Shown piece after piece: positions 56,667 to 57,236 of a DNA stretch of 57,236 nucleotides. The stretch comes from an uncultured Nitrososphaerota archaeon (GTDB taxonomy: Archaea > Asgardarchaeota > Njordarchaeia > Njordarchaeales > Panguiarchaeaceae): positions 32,730 to 89,965 of the forward strand of contig CAZWPQ010000005.1 in the NCBI GenBank assembly GCA_964636085.1, written 5' to 3'. The notes under the pieces are model-generated. The model did no database searches. It saw only the letters and a list, made by a program, of their open reading frames with translations, and was not told the origin of the DNA. The translations under genes were made by a program, and so were the position numbers. Numbering within the stretch: position 1 is the stretch's first letter; each line of letters opens with the position of its first letter.

Positions 56667-57236
56667 CGCACACTACACCCTTTCACATCACAAACATAAA
56701 CTCGCATTAAAACATAATGCTTCTAACTATAAGAAGAATAACAAAAAAATACATGTAACCACGGTGGTAATAATATGAGTAACTCTAGTGCTACTAAAGA
56801 TTCCCTAATTAAGGCACGGAGCAGTACATTTTTTTGCCACCATTAAAATAGCATTAACTAATAAAACAATATACATAGAACAAAATATAAAACAAACAAA
56901 TTTCCATACCAAACAATGAACAAAGAAAGCACGCATATAGACCAAAAACCCAAACACACAATATTGCTGTCTCTACTTGATAAAACATGAAAAGTTGTGG
57001 GACATCTATTGGACACCCGCATTGCCTTTCGACGCCACCGTTTATAGACACTAGACCACATGCAACATAACTAATTATGGTGATTGTTTTATGCCTGTCC
57101 CATATGGGACACACACACGAAGCCTCGGGTGGAAAGTGTTTCGGATATATGACATAATTTTTGTTGTTTGGGGGTTAGGTTGGATAGGGACACTATCTTC
57201 GATACGTCTGCTTTTAATCATATGCTATGTTTAATG

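Noticed and set aside
1-57236. Search for tRNA, rRNA, CRISPR arrays, integrases/transposases or provirus hallmarks
   Set aside because: I saw no GC-rich cloverleaf-like segment in any spacer, no short direct-repeat/spacer array, and no integrase, transposase, capsid or ATPase-packaging motifs in any frame I read. The giant-gene regions therefore look chromosomal rather than mobile. A real tRNAscan or Infernal run is still needed.

Overview
AT-rich archaeal chromosomal segment. PaREP1, a class III RNR, carbamate kinase, TldD/PmbA, a DUF433/DUF5615 pair, frequent TTG/GTG starts and TATA-like boxes 25-35 nt upstream of starts suggest a hyperthermophilic Thermoproteota/Crenarchaeota-type organism, but the taxon cannot be fixed from sequence alone. 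I support about 40 protein genes and found no rRNA, tRNA, CRISPR array, integrase or transposase. About 45% of the window is taken by four giant, sequon-rich envelope proteins. (1) A same-strand block at 1-20011 holds three of them. Two are paralogous adhesin-like proteins: one of more than 1858 aa that runs off the left edge, and one of about 1736-1746 aa. They flank a 2966-aa protein built from roughly 17-18 tandem ~140-aa modules that look like LEA_2/WHy (LEA14-like) beta-sandwiches. (2) At 40310-46249 a protein of about 1980 aa joins a repetitive ectodomain to a C-terminal module of seven hydrophobic segments. My second main candidate for an undescribed system is a tight four-gene minus-strand operon at 51573-55604. 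It encodes an MglA-type small GTPase fused to a Roadblock/LC7-like domain (Rag/Gtr-like architecture), a 540-aa polytopic membrane protein whose cytoplasmic tail may be a second Roadblock-like domain, a ThiF/MoeB-type E1-like adenylyltransferase lacking the usual cysteine, and a DUF62 SAM hydroxide adenosyltransferase. Smaller oddities are listed as findings: a frameshifted RelE/ParE toxin beside its antitoxin, a DUF433 antitoxin duplicated in tandem next to a DUF5615 PIN-like toxin, an orphan pstB and orphan FtsX-type permease, nrdD-dcd coupled by a TAATG overlap with no nrdG, and a 55-nt identical tract inside otherwise diverged intragenic repeats. All domain calls come from reading motifs by eye and no database search was run.
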